In this document: positions 58,250 to 64,000 of the stretch, piece by piece
Position numbering within the stretch: the stretch's first letter is position 1
Layout: each line of letters opens with the position of its first letter
Source of the DNA: Phoronis australis
Lineage: Eukaryota; Animalia; Phoronida
Assembly: GCA_002633005.1 (NCBI GenBank)
Contig: NMRA01000074.1
Location: 959,097-1,023,096, forward strand
Direction: 5' to 3'
Length of the DNA stretch: 64,000 nucleotides
Notes under the pieces: model-generated
Database searches by the model: none
The model's input: only the letters and a program-made list of their open reading frames with translations
What the model was told of the DNA's origin: nothing
Made by a program: the position numbers and the translations under genes

Positions 58250-59886
58250 GACGACACTTGCCCCCTGGGACTTGCCCCCGTTTCAATACGAACACTCAGG
58301 CATTCATCACAGTTGCAAAACTCAAACATTCTCAGCGCCCTGTCTCTATTGAATTCAAAATAGTTTTATAGTCTTTGACTCCAGATAAACATACGTGTCA
58401 CTGGCACAGCAGAGAAATGTCACAAACACGCCGAATTAAAGATACGTCTAACGCGAACTTATCCAATAGAAATGTTCCGATACTCTTTCAATATGTCATC
58501 ATTTTTATTAAAATAAAATGCGGTTATTGGTTAGTTTGATGTTTGGATTTTGAGTTATGCACCAAAAAGGTCAACCCGCTTTAATTAAATTGAAAGTCTC
58601 CTTGCGAACATTTTAGACATATTAAGAATGAAATAACAAACACATACAAGGCTGTAATTCGTAGGGTGGACTTGTACTTTTAAGACTGACTACACGAATT
58701 TTCGATTGATGAGTGAAACTAATTCTTTGTTCTACTCAGCGGAAAACAAGCGAAAGTATAAGAGCCCGTTCAGACCGGCGTTACAGACCCTCTGTATAGA
58801 AACAACTTTCCGAAACATCCTCACCTATACTAAAAAAGTTGGAGTTTCTTAAAACTGATATTTGCGATCGCGAAACACAAAGCTTATAACACGAAAAGCT
58901 GTTTTGCATAACCAAATAACCCACCATCTTACTACTCGAAACCTACGTTCTGCGTTATAATCTGGACTATTTTTAAAGGCACTATTTCCGCTTCATTTTT
59001 GTTAAAAACTTCATGAAACGGATCTTTACGCAAACGCTTTTATTCGAAACCTAAGCCCAAATAATAGCCTTCGCCATGGCATCGAATTTTTTTATAGTGA
59101 ACTGAATTTAATACAGATTTTTTTAGCTTAATTTTTTCATTTTGTGTGGTGCACCAAGAAATAAATGGATGCCGGACGAAATGTCAATCGAAGATTCGAG
59201 TGTCGAATATGAACTTGGAGTTTCGGTTAATCCCAAGATCGTATACAGGCCTACGTGAACTCGAAATACCCACTCAAATAATCACGTTCAAGCTAATATA
59301 ATTACTTAACGGGTGGAATAAGTGCTTTTGGAACCAATAATTACAGAAATTTGCTACATTGAACAAAATATTCACCAGATTTCTTTAATGTGTATTTAAT
59401 TAAGAGCTCACGCTTACGCGATCTTCAGATTACGCAAAATTCAAGTTCACGCATACCAAACAAGTAATGGCAGGCGTTCGGTAGGTTATGTGTCCTCCGT
59501 TGAAAAGGCTTGCTAATCGTCCTCAAGTTGACTATTACCGCCGTAAAGTTTGAAATGAAGATCAGTTTGGGTGCTGGACTTATCTGCGATCCCAGATGGC
59601 TGTTACACGGTCTCAGTAAGGAAAGATTTTGCTCGATAGGTAAGCCGTCAACGGATGTCCGAGGCGCACTTGTTACAGCAATGCTAACCATAAAGTTTTC
59701 AGAATGTTATGGTAGATTTATTTTACTGCCTAACAGTACATAAGAGAGCACATCGACATTACAATATTCCTGTAGTAAAATCCTTGGTGTCTTTGACTGA
59801 GTATTTTTGCGTTATTTTACTGTTTTAGTTGTTTAACCCTCAAGCTCGGTTTCGTCCACTTGTGTCGTGGATTAATTTGAGCAAAC

Positions 59887-59983
59887 CACAGGCGTCCTCA
59901 GCTTCTGATCGTCCCTAATACACTGGATATAATACTATTATATGCAGTGTATTAGGGACGATCACAATCTGAGGACGCCTGTG
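59887..59983. mobile_element. 97-bp palindromic MITE with 8-bp TSD
   Basis: CACAGGCGTCCTCAG...CTGAGGACGCCTGTG, nearly fully self-complementary. GAGCAAAC at 59879-59886 and 59984-59991. Confidence 0.88.
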
Positions 59984-60360
59984 GAGCAAACAAAGAAGCC
60001 ACATTTACAAGTGTTTCTCATGTAAAAGTAAGGGGACTCGAGGCAAGGGCTGTTGAAACCAATTAAGAGTTGTTGTGTCATTGTGTGATCTAAGGCATAA
60101 CAGCAATCCTTGAGTAATAACTATTTAATAATCCTCTCTTCTGCGAATTTTTGTCACCTTGCAGTGTGTATAGAGACTGACAGTCTATACATCCTGTTAG
60201 TGCTAGTCTTGATACTCTAGCAGCCCTACACAACTAACTAGTCTTGTGGTTGTTTATGTTGACTGGCAGTCTATACATGTAACCAGTTAGTCCTACTTTT
60301 GATACTCTCTGCAAGGCTAACTGTGTAGTCTTGTGGTTGTATACAGGACATGCTGATAGT

Positions 60361-61048
60361 NNNNNNNNNNNNNNNNNNNNNNNNNNNNNNNNNNNNNNNN
60401 NNNNNNNNNNNNNNNNNNNNNNNNNNNNNNNNNNNNNNNNNNNNNNNNNNNNNNNNNNNNNNNNNNNNNNNNNNNNNNNNNNNNNNNNNNNNNNNNNNNN
60501 NNNNNNNNNNNNNNNNNNNNNNNNNNNNNNNNNNNNNNNNNNNNNNNNNNNNNNNNNNNNNNNNNNNNNNNNNNNNNNNNNNNNNNNNNNNNNNNNNNNN
60601 NNNNNNNNNNNNNNNNNNNNNNNNNNNNNNNNNNNNNNNNNNNNNNNNNNNNNNNNNNNNNNNNNNNNNNNNNNNNNNNNNNNNNNNNNNNNNNNNNNNN
60701 NNNNNNNNNNNNNNNNNNNNNNNNNNNNNNNNNNNNNNNNNNNNNNNNNNNNNNNNNNNNNNNNNNNNNNNNNNNNNNNNNNNNNNNNNNNNNNNNNNNN
60801 NNNNNNNNNNNNNNNNNNNNNNNNNNNNNNNNNNNNNNNNNNNNNNNNNNNNNNNNNNNNNNNNNNNNNNNNNNNNNNNNNNNNNNNNNNNNNNNNNNNN
60901 NNNNNNNNNNNNNNNNNNNNNNNNNNNNNNNNNNNNNNNNNNNNNNNNNNNNNNNNNNNNNNNNNNNNNNNNNNNNNNNNNNNNNNNNNNNNNNNNNNNN
61001 NNNNNNNNNNNNNNNNNNNNNNNNNNNNNNNNNNNNNNNNNNNNNNNN
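60361..61048. other. Assembly gap
   Basis: Run of N. Confidence 1.
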
Positions 61049-63197
61049 GCTCAAGGTGATACGGTGGGCTTTTGGCACCTACTTACCACAAATTTTACCA
61101 CTTCAGCACTGCTCAAGAAGGAAGTTTTGTTTGTATTTTGTGCTGAAGTTTAGATGACAGCCTTGACTTTGAATTCACGGTCACATTTAGAAAATCAAGA
61201 TTTTACTTGGAAAACATTTGCCCATGCAATTTTGTGTATTTACACAAAGGTGTAGGTGGCCTATCTCCAGGTGTTAGTCACATTTTGAAGGTCACAATAT
61301 GCAATTACATAGCCCTGAATGCCGCATCTAACCCAGCAACCAACCAAGGGGTTATGTGTTGCCTAAGGTCACTGTAGCATTTTCATTTCATTGACCTAAT
61401 AGACATGAAAATACATCAGTTATTTTTGTGTTCACAAAGGTTGAGAGAGGCTTTCATTAAGATTGGTTTCAAAATCATTACCATTTAAAATTATGAAAGC
61501 CTTGAAAACTATCACATCCTGATAGGCATAGCAGTGACACAGCTTTGAACATTGGGTGGCCTTCGGCGGGTCCTGGGCGGCAGCCCCATGTGCAGGCCTT
61601 CATCTAGGTGGCATCTAGGGTGTCCAACTACACAACCCGTCATAAATTTAGACACATTAGGTAGGTTGCCCTATTTAGCTTTTGGACGCCCAAGTAAAGT
61701 GTACCATTTTTTTAGCTAACAACAGCCCTGGAAGCTAACTGTCCTGGCCGAATAAGAAAGTTAAGACATGGTGTAAGATGGGATAGACTTTATTACAGAC
61801 CACAGTAACATTCCACACCATAACAGCGATTTGACTTAAGGTCATAGAAATAGTCAATAGTCATGGATGCCTTCATTAATTAGAAAACTCATTTTGAACG
61901 CCCTATTCTTTAAATCGTGTATGAACCACCTGCTAAATGCTAATTTGTGGTGGGGAACAATTCAGCCACCCTGTGACAAATGCTGTTATTTGTATTGTTT
62001 TCTCTTCTTGAAATGTGTGAAACTCTAATCACTTAATTAACTACATGTAGTATATTTTTATATTTTGAATAACTAAAACGTGTTATCCAGTGTTTGAAAC
62101 GACTTCGAAAAAGTTTCTAAAACACTGAAAGAGGTGCATAGTGTACTAATTGTTTGTAGAGTTTCATATGTTTCACACTCTTTATGTTTCAGGGTAAATC
62201 AATGCTGCTGCATTCATTTTCGTGTCTGGCAATGACATTGAAACAATTGTTATTCTTTCTAGGGGAGCAACTTATCTTCAACAAGAAGAGCAGGAGATGG
62301 TTGTCCATTCCGGTGAAGGCTGCTGAGAGCTATGACGAGCTGATGATTGTGAAAACCCGGTTAAAAGACATGTCAGATATGCACTGCTTCCATGAACATA
62401 AAAGCAAAATGACTCCCGCTTGTTGTCTGACAGCATTGCCGTCCTCGAATGATTGCCATCAGTAGAAGTCAATGCGTCAAAGAACGACGGACTGTCTCCA
62501 ATAAATTCTACTATACCGTTCTGGGTGTTATTCAGTCATGTGCCCTAGTTTGTTGCAGAGTATCATCTGGTACTACAGTTTGGTTTACAGTCATGATACA
62601 TCCAGTTATGCAGAAGTTAACATGTTCAGTCAGGCCGTCAACCTTCAAACTTTGCCATGGGCAGTTTGTGTAGTGTCAATTTGGAAACTGTCAAGGCTTG
62701 TAATTTTCCTCTTTTAACAGGATTTACTCTCTTTTGGTTTCGATTTCCTCTTATTATATTTCCAATTTCCTCTTTGTCTCTTTTTTTGATCATTATTTTG
62801 ACTTCTATACCAAAAATCTCTTATCAAAGACCCTAGTATTAATTTGTGGAATGATACATCACCTGTCATTGATCATTCCAAGCCCTGAACCTTAACTTTG
62901 TGCAAACAATTTCTTTATGTAGCGTTTGGTTTACAGAAACACTTTCTACATGGTGAGTAAGATACAACTGGTAATACCAGTTTAACTTGTATTACCATTG
63001 GATAGTTTTCTTGATTCTTAACTATTTTCTCAGCCAAATGTGTAGTCAGTGGTTTGTCTTCAGGCGGTCATAGAGAGGCGGATATTTGTATACAAGGGTC
63101 ACCATAAAGCTTCTGTGTTATGTAAAATTATGTTTTTAGTGATGTTTTACTGCTTAGGCAATTCACATTCATATTAAAACCTGCATTTAGAAATCTT

Positions 63198-63296
63198 NNN
63201 NNNNNNNNNNNNNNNNNNNNNNNNNNNNNNNNNNNNNNNNNNNNNNNNNNNNNNNNNNNNNNNNNNNNNNNNNNNNNNNNNNNNNNNNNNNNNNNN
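63198..63296. other. Assembly gap
   Basis: Run of N. Confidence 1.
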
Positions 63297-63818
63297 TACT
63301 GCATCATTGGCGTTAATCAGGAAAGACAAAAGCAGGAATCAACTAAAAACTCATACCCCTATCTCACAAATTCGACATTATGTTCCTTAGTTGGTGGCCT
63401 TTCCCACAGTTGCATGCAATTTGCTAAAAGCGTTCCTCATGCTTTTACTGTTTAGCAAGTTTTGAGGGTTTTCGATGGTTACAGAGCATTAATTTGTTGC
63501 AGAGAACTAGGTGGGATGTCAATTTTAGTATTTTATATTATTTTGAAAAGTTGATCCATTACTGGTTTTTCGAAATTGGTGCCGTTGCCCTACATGACGG
63601 TAACTAATTTAAGAATGCTCTAGATTCTTGTTGCAAGTCAAAATCCAAATGGACTTTTTATACTAGACTAAAAAATAAAAAGTTCACTCTGACAGTTGAG
63701 CTTTCATCTCACAAAGTAACAATTGTGCACAAGCAGGTTTCAGTGCTCAGCTACAATTGTTGTGTAGCCTGTATGTCCCAATAAAGTCTGTGAATATTTT
63801 TGTCCAAACACAACTGTG

Positions 63819-64000
63819 CAACTCTGTCCACATGTCTCCCAAGATGTCCATGTTACCCCAAGATAAAGTTTCTGTATGCCTGATGTCAGTTAGACGCATT
63901 CTGATCAGTCTCTGGCTTCAGTGTCATCACATTCAACTCTGTCCACATGTCTCCCAAGATGTCCATGTTGCCCCAAGATAAAGTTTCTGTATGCCTGATG
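63819..64000. repeat. ~115-bp tandem repeat running off the window end
   Basis: CAACTCTGTCCACATGTCTCCCAAGATGTCCATGTT.CCCCAAGATAAAGTTTCTGTATGCCTGATG occurs at 63819 and ~63934. Confidence 0.85.

Noticed and set aside
60317-61153. Long ORFs of 242-267 aa
   Set aside because: They consist almost entirely of N-gap translation.

Overview
Eukaryotic, intron-rich invertebrate animal DNA from a draft scaffold: two N-gaps (60361-61048, 63198-63296) and single-N joins at 13568, 14750, 15842, 50345, 57486 and 58170. A lophotrochozoan-like origin is only an impression. The ORF track is mostly uninformative because genes are spliced, so I rebuilt exons by hand. There are four + strand genes. A secreted DNase I-like gene shows only exons 1-2. 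RANBP1 has 5 clear coding exons and an unresolved start. TBCCD1 is complete with 16 coding exons and an apparent U12-type intron. An aquaporin shows its first 2 exons. RANBP1 introns carry two SNORD43/U43-like box C/D snoRNAs and several more structured-RNA candidates. Most of the rest is transposon-derived: a decayed full-length Gypsy (Mag-like) element, BEL/Pao, Penelope and LINE fragments, three non-autonomous Kolobok-type copies with a THAP remnant, Helentron-associated (HINE-like) elements, a tRNA-derived SINE and several MITEs. I see no clearly new biological system. The best leads are the RANBP1 snoRNA cluster, the TBCCD1 minor intron and the THAP-only Kolobok family. Family assignments come from motif recognition and recalled reference sequences; no searches were run.
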